From the NCBI RefSeq assembly GCF_006345805.1, contig NC_043006.1, positions 86,366,001-86,430,000 of the forward strand: DNA of 64,000 bases. Direction: 5' to 3'. Of this stretch, positions 1-12,200 are shown in pieces. The first letter of the stretch is position 1. Each line of letters opens with the position of its first letter. The notes under the pieces were generated by a model. That model was not told the origin of the DNA. It ran no database searches and saw nothing but the letters and a program-made list of their open reading frames with translations. The position numbers and the translations under genes were made by a program. The DNA is from Octopus sinensis (Eukaryota).

Positions 1-1057
1 TATTAGTTGAAGGTTATGTGATCCACAACATATCACCCTCCTCTCTTCCCTATCACCTCCAATACCACCACCTTTCTCAACTCTTTCCACTTTCAGCTCT
101 GTAGTCAAAGCTTGTAATATATTTGCATAAGAAAACCTCTTGGCATTCATTGCAACCTTTGTCACTTTTCCATCGATCATGTGTTTCTCAACATGAAAAC
201 ACTGACCAATCAAATTTTACTAACACAATTTTCCTCGTTGCTGTCGTAAGCTATGTGTAAGAGGCATCACTCTTGATTAAATGACTACTAACATATGCAC
301 ATAAACTGCTTTAATTGTATATATATATCATGTAACAAATCCAGTCAGTTGACATAATTGGCTCTTTAAGTGACCTTTTATCACTTTTTCAGTAACTATC
401 AATGCTAGTCTCTCTCTCTCCCTCATTCTCTCTCTCTCCTTCCTCTCCTGCATTCTCTCTCTAGACAAGAATCCATTCTGGGAAATGCTCACTGTGGAAT
501 CTGTTACTTTGTTTCTAACTCTGATCAAATCTAACAAATCAATATCAGATATTTTTGTTTCTTCTAAGAAATGCCGTTTTCTCAAGGTTATGATTAATTC
601 CTGATATGATGACACATGATCTGATAACATTACCAAAATAAAGGAGGAATCAGAGATGACATCTCTCTCAGATGTTATCGCCTATCTCTACAGTGCTACA
701 TAACTGGTGGGTGCTAAGCTTATATATTCCTGTATCAGTGCACTGTATTGGTCAGATTAAAAATTTTTGATATATCTTAAAGATCTCTTCTGTTCAATAT
801 TCCATTATCTCTCATCTTGCATGCATTGTGTGTGTGTGTATGTGTGTGTGTACATGCACGTGTGTATGTGCATGCATGTGTACAAGCATGCTTATACTGT
901 ATGTGTATCTAAATGAAAAGTTTGTGGGTGAGGGTGAGTATGTAAAAGGATATACCTAAAGTGTGAATAAACATACATCAATATGCTAAGGTATTTATAT
1001 ACACCCAGGCACATAAATATAATTAGAGGAACTCACTGCAGTTTATATATATATATA

Positions 1058-1631
1058 TGACCTTGTTCTTATAGCTGAAGCACTACTAGAACTAGAGTTG
1101 AAATTTCAGGTATGGAAACAAGGTCTAGAGTTGAAGGGCCTCGGAGTTAACCTAGCAAAAACCAAAGTCTTAGTAAGTAGGAAGGTAGAAAAATCACAAA
1201 TCCTCTCAGGCAGATGGTCTTGCTCAGTCTATAGAAAAGGTGTCGATAGAAACTCCATAAGACGTACCTAGTGTAATCTATGGACACATACGAGGTGCAG
1301 CAATATCAGAAGAAGGTTAACAAGAGAAATAGCTTTTGTGTGTAGAAGATGCACAGGTACAATAAACGCCAAAAATCTACAGAAAATAGATGCCATCAAC
1401 TGCCAGTGATATAAGCTAGAGGTAGTAGATAACTTCCATTATCTAGTTGACCAAGTTAGCAGCAGAGGTGGATGCTCTGAGATCTTGGCTGCGAGAATAA
1501 GATTAGGCTTGTACCTCTGCTAGCAACAAAGGGCCCCTCCCTCAGAGTGAAAGGCAGATTGTATGATGCCTGTGTGCAAACAGCTTTGCTATACAGCTGT
1601 GAAACATGGGCTGTGACAGCCAAAGACATGT
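1058..1631 (+). mobile_element. RTE-clade LINE fragment (RT C-terminal half, degenerate)
   Basis: Colinear with the better copy at 60781-61760 (DDL motif, KTKVLV, Cys-rich segment, LRVKGRLYDACVQTALLYSCETWAVT); has stops and indels. Confidence 0.85.
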
Positions 1632-1763
1632 GTACACATGCCATCAGCACAGGTGCCAGTAAGGCGATGCTGGTAATGATCATGCTTGAATGGTGTCTTT
1701 TACATGCCACCGGCATGGAGGCCAGTCATCGAATTTGATTATAAATATATATATATATATATA

Positions 1764-1882
1764 TCACGTGATCACGTGACCGACCAGACCATCAGATGTT
1801 GTTACACATCGCTGGTCACAATGCGTTCGCATTGTTTTAGCCTTCGAATGATGCCACCCCGCTGGCTAAGGGAGCAGGCCAA
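1764..1882 (-). mobile_element. 3' part of (TA)n-associated tRNA-derived SINE
   Basis: Reverse complement of the 3' ~120 bp of the element at 35212-35522; flanked by (TA)n on both sides. Confidence 0.8.
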
Positions 1883-2589
1883 TATATATATATATATATA
1901 TATACATACATACGTATATAGCATGCAAAAAATGTCCTTGAAGGCACATGCCCTAGTTGCTGAGACATATTGAGCTTTTAATAGGAAGGTCATAGGTTTG
2001 ATAAGCAGACCAGATAGTGAATTATGTCTTTGCGTAAGGTAATTCATTTCACATTGCAACAGTTTACTTTGTTGAAATGAGTACCAGACCTAGCTGGGGA
2101 GGGAAGGATGGGTGAGGGGCTTTTTCAGTTGCTCATAGACCTTGGAAACTTGGTTATGCTCCAGCCTAATGAGCATATAGGCTAGAGATACACCTTATCT
2201 CTCTTTCTCTCTATCATTTATGCTACAGTCAGCCTTTGTTTTCTACTGAAAGCATTTTTTAACCCGATTATTTAACACACTATTATTTCAACCATTAAAA
2301 ATGAATTATTATATACATTTCAAGGGATGGTTAAGGAGGGCTGTTTTGTAAGCACGTGGTCCTGGGTTTGATCCCACCACATGGCATCTTGGGAAAGTGG
2401 TTTTATCATAGCCTTGGGTTTGATTGAAACCATATTAGTGAAATTGGGTAGATGAAAACTTTGCAAGTGCATTGCATGGATAATTCCAATAATATCAGCA
2501 TGACACACTGCCTTAAGCTAATATTAGTGGAGAATTTGAAGGGTAACAGTGTCAGGGGAATATTCAACCACTTACAGCTGAGGGGTTTT

Positions 2590-3065
2590 TGTCTTGCAAG
2601 TTACTTGGTGAGCCTGTCAGTGCTGATGCCATATAAAAAGCACTGATACCATGTAAAAAGCACTGGTGCTGATGCTATTTAAGAATTCTGTAAAGTGGTT
2701 AACATTAGGAAAGATATCCACCATGCCAAAACAGATAATGGAACCTGATGTGGCTCTCAGTCACACTAGCTCCTGTCAAATCATCCAACCCATGCTGGTA
2801 TCGAAAATGGATGTTAACTGATAATGATGATGATCATCATCATCGTTTAGCGTCCGCCTTCCATGCTGGCATGGGTTGGACGGTGCAACTGGGGTCTGGG
2901 GAGCCAGAAGGCTGCACCAGGCTCAGTCTGATCTGGCAATGTTTCTATGGCTGGATGCCCTTCCTAACGCCAACCACTCCATGAGTGTAGTGGGTGCTTT
3001 TTACGTGCCAGACGAGGCTGGCAAACGGCCACGATCAGATGGTGCTTTTTATGTGCCACCGGCGA
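2590..3065. mobile_element. Two RTE 3'-tail copies, tail-to-tail around a (GAT)n/(CAT)n tract
   Basis: The minus copy carries GGATGCCCTTCCTAACGCCAACCAC and the plus copy a degenerate version; the same tail ends the RTE copy at 61880-62060. Confidence 0.75.
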
Positions 3066-3299
3066 TACTGTAATTTAATAAACAAAAACCTCAGTTGACT
3101 GAACAACTAGAATACTTGTCAAAATTGGATGTGATCCATTATCTTTGTGTACACACACACACACGCACATTTATATAGATATATATATATAAAACACAAT
3201 CCTTAGCAGCATTGTACAGTGTAAACTGAGATTTAGGAGAAAAACAACCCAATATGCACAGCCTGTAGAAAAGAGAGGCAGAAGCTGTTACAAGAGAAA

Positions 3300-3990
3300 G
3301 ATGAGGAGTGTGTGTCAGAGAAGAAAGAATGAGCAAAGATCAGTGGCAATGTGGAAACAGGCTCTAAATGAAATGGAAGCAAGCAAGGGAATGAAATGGC
3401 ATCTAGCAGGAGACATCTGGAAATGGAACTTACAGAGGTTCAAGGATTCTACAATACCCTTCCCAACACATTTCCATGGAATATAATGTAAGTACCAGCA
3501 TGCCCTCTGTGTTTCAAAGCAGGGACAGATCAGAGAATTCAAACATACTCATACTGCAGTGAGGGAGACCATTTTTATTGAAGGAGTGCATCCAAAGAAA
3601 AAACTGAGGAACAGCTATGATGGTTTACTTTCCACAGCACTTGGCTGGATAATGAAAGATGACCAAGAGATGCAGTTAAAAACTTCCATCACATATCACT
3701 CAGTCCTTGTTGGGACCAGATAACATTTTGGCTTCTGAGGCAACAGGGCAACACCTCTTACTGAAATTAACTGCACTAAGGTGGAAAAGGACGGAGGAGG
3801 TACAAGTGTAAAAGAAAGCAAATTACCAGGAGTTGCTGGAGGACTGTGGAAAAACCAGGTTTGCTAACAAAGGTGGGCAATTGAGGACTTGCAAGTTGTT
3901 CTCACAGTAAGGTCTTAGAAGCCGTGGGAATTAGAGGAATGAATACAAGAGCCGTCATTAACCTCCTGACGCTGGTATTACCAGAAGCAT
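3300..3990 (+). mobile_element. Degenerate RLE-type non-LTR 3' fragment, HERO-like
   Basis: Broken-frame residues MKW..DIWKW, ACPLC, KYQELLEDC-like, WAIE and KVLEAVGIRG resemble the zinc-finger/RLE C-terminus of HERO/NeSL-type elements. Confidence 0.5.
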
Positions 3991-4519
3991 GCGAGATACT
4001 GCTCCGGTTTTTTTTATCTAATGAGGCCACACAAACACTCAAGTGCCAACGAGCTTGCGTCTATTCACATTCACCGTTACAATAACATAGCGTCGTACAT
4101 TTACATCAACTGGTTTATGAAAACGAACTATGTGAAGCTGTTTATCATAATATGATATGCATGAGTTATTCTGTTCAAGTTAAAAAAATAGCTTCTGTGT
4201 GGTAGAACTCAAAACACGGTATTATGCATGTAAAGTATCCGCATGTTTTTGGTCTACTGCTAGTCTCATGACTTGAACGTAACCTAAAATATATTTCTTT
4301 ACTAATACTTAGGATGAAGTCTGAGACATAATGACTACTGATTAGAGAACTTTGTTAATTACATACAGGGTTTGGTACACACATGGCAACTAAGTGTAGA
4401 GATTGGGTGTGTGCAAGCGCACACACCTAAAGAGATAAAGTACATGACAGCGAACATAAACATACGTCAGCCGCTAAAAAGTCTGTGATAGACGTAGGGC
4501 AGCTCTACATTGTATATTT

Positions 4520-5360
4520 ATGTTAACCGTGGGTAGGTAAACAAAAGTGTGATCGCATATTTGCGTCAACCAATGTCAAGGGGTCAACAATGGAGAGGCT
4601 GCTGAGTAAGCATCTAGGGGGTTCTGACTCAAGAGATAAACTACTGGGCTTGGTAGATTGCCACTTGAACATAGACCTAAGTTTGATCAGCCTAAGGAGA
4701 GGTACTCGAACAAAGGTTTTGTATGACCTCAAACACCTTGTGATTCTAGAATACAGCACTGACAAACTGTTCAAATTTTTATACTTAGCAATGTGTACGA
4801 ATATCTCACTCTCTATCACTCTCTATCTCTCCCTCTCTACACTGTCTTGAGTGAATCTGTAATTAAGATCGTTCCGCCGACCTCCTTCAATAGGGAGGAG
4901 CGAGTCTGTTTTCTCTCGGTAGTTGCTATGGCGAAAGAGGTAGTATGGAAGACGAGAGTAAAAGGAATTGCAACAGGCATGTTCATCTCCAGTCTCGAGC
5001 TAATCGACTTTTTCGTTTTCCACATGAAACGGAAAATATGGTTGGAGAAGAAATGCCTGTCGCAAAGTGTGTTTCGTAAAAGATGGAAGTATATAGCATA
5101 TATGTTGCGAGTGAAAGAACCTGTTTAATCGAGAATATAAAAAAGGAGAAAGCAAAGTCTTCAGTGTGAGTATGTGGTTCGTGGGGGTTAACCGCGTTCT
5201 CCGCTTCAATTTTTGTAAATCACTCATTCTCATTTAATTGTATATATTTTAATTGCTTGTTTATTCATACGTTTCGTCTCATTTGAAACCCTGACCCCAA
5301 TGTTTGTTTTGTCTGCCTCGTATCATCTCCTCTTTTTCTCAACCTTATGGTTAATAAAGA

Positions 5361-5362
<2 letters not shown>
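4520..5362 (+). mobile_element. L1/Tx1-clade LINE 3' fragment (ORF2 C-terminus plus 3' UTR)
   Basis: RDKL motif, then ...VAMAKEVVWKTRVKG...FFVFHMKRKIWLEKKCLSQSVFRKRW, typical of the Tx1/L1 ORF2 end; AATAAA near 5353. Confidence 0.75.
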
Positions 5363-5410
<48 letters not shown>

Positions 5411-5805
5411 TCACACTCTATATCTGCATCTTCCCTAAATCTTGCAGCCTACCTCACACATGTCACCACCCTCTTTCTCAAACTTACTCTGTCTACTGTG
5501 TTATTACTACTTTTCTGCTTCTCTTCATAACCTCTGTTGTCAACCATCATCTATTCTTTTCTGCTTCACTCCAATGCCTATTTATCACTGACACCTCTCA
5601 GCCCTTGTTTTTCATTCATCATATTCCCTCTTTTACCCATTCTCCATCCTTAACCATTCCTCCCTCCCCCCTCTCACTCACTACACTGTTGCAACTTCTC
5701 TGACTCATACTCTTCTCCTCTCCCCACTCTCTTCTATTCACTTTGTATCCTAACATTTCTCAATATTTATTTCTTTTCCCACTTTACTCTGGTTACTCCT
5801 GCCTA

Positions 5806-6036
5806 TTTCTTTACTACCCACAAGGGGCTAAACATAGAGGGGACAAACAAGGACAGACAAACTGATTAAGTCGATTACATCAACCCCAGAGCATAGCTGG
5901 TACTTAATTTATCGACCTCAAAAGGATGAAAGGCAAAGTCGACCTCGGCGGAATTTGAACTCAGAACATAGTGGCAGACGAAATACGGCTACGCAATTCG
6001 CCCGGCCTGTTAATGATTCTGCCAGCTCACCACCTT
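5806..6036 (-). mobile_element. tRNA-derived SINE with Meta/MESC-like core (family M)
   Basis: Core CTTTGCCTTTCATCCTTT..GGTCGATAAATTAAGTACCAG; 15-bp TSD ggttactcct(g/a)ccta at 5791-5805 and 6037-6051. Confidence 0.9.
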
Positions 6037-6418
6037 GGTTACTCCTACCTACTCTTTAATGTAAGCAGGCATGTAGCTCTTCTCCAGCAATAAACCGCTT
6101 CTGTTTTAACCCCTTCTTTCATACCCTAAACTTTTGTTTCCTCAAATATATAAAGATACCTTTATTTCCACTGTAGCACTACTTAACCAAAAGAGATCTT
6201 AGTCTTGCAAAGCTGCATGATGACCTCGCTAGTTCTGATATCAAGAAAAAAAACAACACCCAGTACACTCTGTAAATTGTTTAACATTAAAAAAGACAAC
6301 CAGTCAGAAAAAGACATACTAAAGCCAGCACAGGAGCACAATGCTGTCCTTGGGTTCATAAGATCCTGTCAAACCATCCAATCCATGCTAGCATAACAGA
6401 GATGGACATAAGCAGATG

Positions 6419-6472
<54 letters not shown>

Positions 6473-7352
6473 CAAAATGTACTAAAATAAATAATTCTGT
6501 AGTCAGATATTCTTGTTTTGGTAAGTGCCTGTTGGCAATTAGGATCAACTCTGAATGAAGAGGAGGTAAAATTCTCAAAAATTAAGAATTCTCTGGAATT
6601 GACATGTCATTATGGAAAAGTTAGTCTGATTGTCTGAAGACAAGAGGACAGCTATAGTCTTGTCAGTATGTGCCATCGGCACAGTATGAGTTCAATCTTG
6701 ATTCTAACAGACAAAAGACTTAAACATATTGAAAATGATTAGAGTACATTTATGACCTTGGATCATTTGTGTTAGTAAAACAAAGGCACAGAGAAATAAC
6801 AGTGACCTTGTGTAGTTTTTGCTACATGGATACCATTCCTGTCATCAGCCCACTTTACATTTTGTATTTGTTACATTTTGTCATACCACTAGCTCTGGAG
6901 TGGGTGGCCACATGTAGTACTAAAGTGCACCTTCTAAATACATGCACATGCAGTTATTTCATTTACTTATTTGAGATTTTGAGAAACATGCTTCCAAAGA
7001 AATTTAAAACTGGACGCAACCTTTTCTCTCTTTCATTCATTGCAAACTTATCTACCAAGCATTTTCCTAAGTCTTGGCGATATTGATTGTTTAATCATTG
7101 TTTATTACAACACATGTTTATCATAAAGAACTTTGTTTTTCACTCAATCTATCTACCTACCTGTTGGTCTGTTTGTCTGTGTATCTGTACATTCTTATCT
7201 CACTCACTCTGAATATGTATGTTGGGTGACATAAAAAATATTTACCTTCTTCCCAACATATCAGCTTTATCGTTCAGTTTGCAAAACTATGCACGTATAC
7301 TTTTGTAAATTACCAATAGTTTAAAAGAACATGTTTTGCCATTTCTCTTTAC

Positions 7353-7483
7353 CAAAATTCTGCTGGTATCAGCAGTTCCAGAAATAAATCTCCATTGCCA
7401 CTGTATGTGATAGGTTTTATATGATAATATAGGTAATTTATCAGCAGAAACATGAAGTCTATAAGTACCATGAATCTCAATGA
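7353..7483 (-). CDS. Candidate orphan internal exon, weak IRS/DOK PTB-like similarity
   Basis: Acceptor ttttatttttag and donor gtaaag; open 131 nt encoding IEIHGTYRLHVSADKLPILSYKTYHIQWQWRFISGTADTSRIL. Confidence 0.3.
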
Positions 7484-9221
7484 CTAAAAATAAAATTAAA
7501 ACAAAAACTAGGTTATAGAAGCTGCATGGTTTGAATCTCATCTTTCTATTCAAGGGTTTTCTTTTCAACTTAATGATTATCAGCTATTATTTTTAACTGA
7601 ATTTGCTTTGAGAAATATCATTAATAAAACCTCATTTATATTCATCTTGATGCTTCTTCATTTGTGTTCTAATTATAATCTAACATTCTCACTTGTAAGA
7701 TCAAGATATTTAATTTGATGGAAGAAAGACAGGAAGCTGCTCTTGTGTAATTGGGATCATATCTGAGTCGCAGAAGATGAGTAGTTGGAGTCCTGCAGGC
7801 AGCTTTCTCACTATTTTCTATGTAATCTTTTTTAAACTTAATATGTTATTCATAGCTGAATTTGCTTTGAGACATCTCATTAATAGAGACTTATTTAAAA
7901 CTGAAAAAAAAAAGAAAAATTACAAAAACCCCTGCAAAAATCTTAACATCCATTTGTGATATCAAGTAGGTTAATAAATTGAAATATAAATAAATATATT
8001 TCCATATCATTGTTATCACCTGCTTCATGCTGCTTCCATGTCAGATGTTAAAACTTAAATTACTTCTAAAATCAATTTGAAAGATGCAGAGATACACAGA
8101 ATAGATTAGAATATTATAATTTTCTTGAAGCATTGCAATGTGTAAATAATATGTTAAAAAAAGAGCTTCTAGCCAATTCAAGTGAATAGTTAGGCAAAAC
8201 ATGTAAGGTGATGCTAATAGATAAAGAAAAGATATATCTTACATATTTTGCTGAAAGATTGCCATTATCAAAACTAAGAATGAAAATCTCAAAATACCTT
8301 ATTAACATTGCCATAAAATTCAACTATTGTTCATCACCCTTTCTCACTACTCCTTCACATCAAAGGCTAACTATTCTTACCAGAACACTTTTGATAATAG
8401 TTTCAGATCAGCCCTAGATTAAGTGTAACAATCACAAATTGTTAGAAACAAGACAAACCAACAACATTATCATTGGCAATATAACTGCTATCATCAACAT
8501 TACAGTTGTTGACTTATTAAGATGATCTCCATATAACGGCTCAAATAACGGCCAAATGTCAATCAAATTATGCTCTGTAATCCGCTCAAAAGAATAACCT
8601 TGAATAATGTAAAATTAGAGAAACTATAACAAGACAAGACATAAACTGCATTTGGTGGTTGCAGTTTTTGAGGTTGGAGTACAGGAGTTCAGAGCAGTTT
8701 GGTGTTACCTCTTCATTGCCACTACTCCCACCTCTGCTCTGGTTCAGGCCAACAGTACTTGTCATGTTCCTCATTTATAGGTGAAATAGTAGATAGTTCT
8801 GCAGCTAAGGCATATAGGACTTGCAGGAAGGCTGGTCCGTAGACAAATACCACATAGACTCATAATTATGTCACATGAACTAGTTCCTCAGTGTAAGGGT
8901 TAAATAGCTCTTGTACCTTAAGGATAATCTTGAGAAAGCAAGGGATTAGTAAAGTAAGCTGTAAATAGACCAGCGGAAGGTAAACAGAACCCCGCCCCCA
9001 CTACTGCATCTTTTGCCAGAAAAATAATGAATCTTCAGACTTTGGCATGGAGGTCTATGATTGCTGATAGTTGTAGGCATGGCACAAGAAATGAAAAGAC
9101 AACAGAATAAATAGAAACGGGATGGTCACAGCTGGAATGCCTTTAATTATAGTTCTGTTGGGTGGGGCTGATTTTGGGCTAAACAATGACAACACTGCTA
9201 CATCATCACTGCCAATGCCAT

Positions 9222-12200
9222 CTCCAATGCCATTGTCAGTGCCACCACCACTAACACTACCTCCAATGCCATTGTCAGTGCCACCACCACTAACACTACC
9301 TCCAATACCATTGTCAGTGCCACCACCACTAACACTACCTCCAATACCATTGTCAGTGCCACCACCAATAACACTACCTCCAATACCATTGTCAGTGCCA
9401 CCACCACTAACACTACCTCCAATACCATTGTCAGTGCCACCACCACTAACACTACCTCCAATACCATTGTCAGTGCCACCACCAATAACACTACCTCCAG
9501 TGCCATTGTCAGTGCCACCACCACTAACACTACCTCCAATGCCATTGTCAGTGCCACCACTACTAACACTACCTCCAATGCCATTGTCAGTGCCACCACC
9601 ACTAACACTACCTCCAATGCCATTGTCAGTGCCACCACCACTAACTCTACCTCCAATGCCATTGTCAGTGCCATCACCACTAACACTACCTCCAATGCCA
9701 TTGTCAGTGCCACCACCAATAACACTACCTCCAATACCATTGTCAGTGCCACCACCACTAACACTACCTCCAATACCATTGTCAGTGCCACCACCAATAA
9801 CACTACCTCCAATGCCATTGTCAGTGCCACCACCACTAACTCTACCTCCAATACCATTGTCAGTGCCACCACCAATAACACTACCTCCAATGCCATTGTC
9901 AGTGCCACCACTACTAACACTACCTCCAATGCCATTGTCAGTGCCACCACCACTAACACTACCTCCAATACCATTGTCAGTGCCACCACCACTAACACTA
10001 CCTCCAATACCATTGTCAGTGCCACCACCAATAACACTACCTCCAATACCATTGTCAGTGCCACCACCAATAACACTACCTCCAATACCATTGTCAGTGC
10101 CACCACCACTAACACTACCTCCAATACCATTGTCAGTGCCACCACCAATAACACTACCTCCAATGCCATTGTCAGTGCCACCACCACTAACACTACATCC
10201 AATGCCATTGTCAGTGCCACCACCACTAACTCTACCTCCAATACATTGTCAGTGCCACCACCAATAACACTACCTCCAATGCCATTGTCAGTGCCACCAC
10301 CACTAACACTACCTCCAATGCCATTGTCAGTGCCACCACCACTAACTCTACCTCCAATGCCATTGTCAGTGCCACCACCACTAACACTACCTCCAATGCC
10401 ATTGTTAGTACCACCACCAGTAACACTACCTCCAATGCCATTGTCAGTGCCACCACCACTAACACTACCTCCAATGCCATTGTCAGTGCCACCACCACTA
10501 ACACTACCTCCAATGCCATTGTTAGTACTACCACCACTAACACTACCTCCAATACCATTGTTAGTACTACCACCACTAACACTACCTCCAATACCATTGT
10601 TAGTACTACCACCACTAACACTACCTCCAATACCATTGTTAGTACTACCACCACTAACACTACCTCCAATGCCATTGTCAATGCCACCACCAGTAACACT
10701 ACCTCCAATGCCATTGTCAGTGCCACCACCACTAACACTACCTCCAATGCCATTGTTAGTACTACCACCACTAACACTACCTCCAATACCATTGTCAATG
10801 CCACCACCAGTAACACTACCTCCAATGCCATTGTCAGTGCCACCACCACTAACACTACCTCCAATGCCATTGTTAGTACTACCACCACTAACACTACCTC
10901 CAATACCATTGTTAGTGCCACCACCACTAACACTACCTCCAATGCCATTGTCAGTGCCACCACCACTAACACTACCTCCAATGCCATTGTCAGTGCCACC
11001 ACCACTAACACTACCTCCAATAACATTGTCAGTGCCACCACCACTAACACTACCTCCAATGCCATTGTTAGTACTACCACCACTAACACTACCTCCAATG
11101 CCATTGAAAGTGCCACCACCACTAACACTACCTCCAATACCATTGTCAGTGCCACCACCACTAACACTACCTCCAATACCATTGTCAGTACCACCACCAC
11201 TAACACTACCTCCAATGCCATTGTCAGTACCACCACCACTAACACTACCTCCAATTCCATTGTCAGTACCACCACCACTAACACTACCTCCAATACCATT
11301 GTCAATGCCACCACCACTAACACCACCTCCAATACCATTGTCAGTACCACCACCAATAACACTACCTCCAATGCCATTGTCAGTGCCACCACCACTAACA
11401 CTACCTCCAATGCCATTGTTAGTACTACCACCAGTAACACTACCTCCAATACCATTGTCAATGCCACCACCAGTAACACTACCTCCAATGCCATTGTCAG
11501 TGCCACCACCACTAACACTACCTCCAATACCATTGTCAGTACCACCACCACTAACACTACCTCCAATGCCATTGTCAGTGCCACCACCACTAACACTACC
11601 TCCAATACCATTGTCAGTGCCACCACCACTAACACCACCTCCAATGCCATTGTTAGTACCACCACCACTAACACTACCTCCAATACCATTGTCAGTGCCA
11701 CCACCACTAACACTACCTCCAATACCATTGTTAGTACCACCACCACTAACACTACCTCCAATACCATTGTCAATGCCACCACCAGTAACACTACCTCCAA
11801 TGCCATTGTCAGTGCCACCACTACTAACACTACCTCCAATACCATTGTCAGTGCCACCACCACTAACACTACCTCCAATGCCATTGTCAGTGCCACCACC
11901 ACTAACACCACCTCCAATGCCATTGTTAGTACCACCACCACTAACACTACCTCCAATACCATTGTCAGTGCCACCACCAATAACACTACCTCCAATGCCA
12001 TTGTCAGTGTCACCACCACTAACACTAACTCCAATACCATTGTCAGTACCACCACCACTAACACTACCTTCAATACCATTGTCAGTGCCACCACCACTAA
12101 CACTACCTCCAATGCCATTGTCAGTGTCACCACCACTAACACTACCTCCAATTCCATTGTCAATGCCACCACCACTAACACTACCTCTAATACCATTGTC

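Noticed and set aside
9055-9200. Hydrophobic C-terminal anchor of the Gly-rich frame (GIPAVTIPFLFILLSF), or a signal peptide for the Pro frame (MVTAGMPLIIVLLGG)
   Set aside because: 9115-9190 (minus) resembles an interspersed repeat also seen at ~46460-46535 (AAAGGCATTCCA..TGA.CATCC), so these termini are probably fortuitous.
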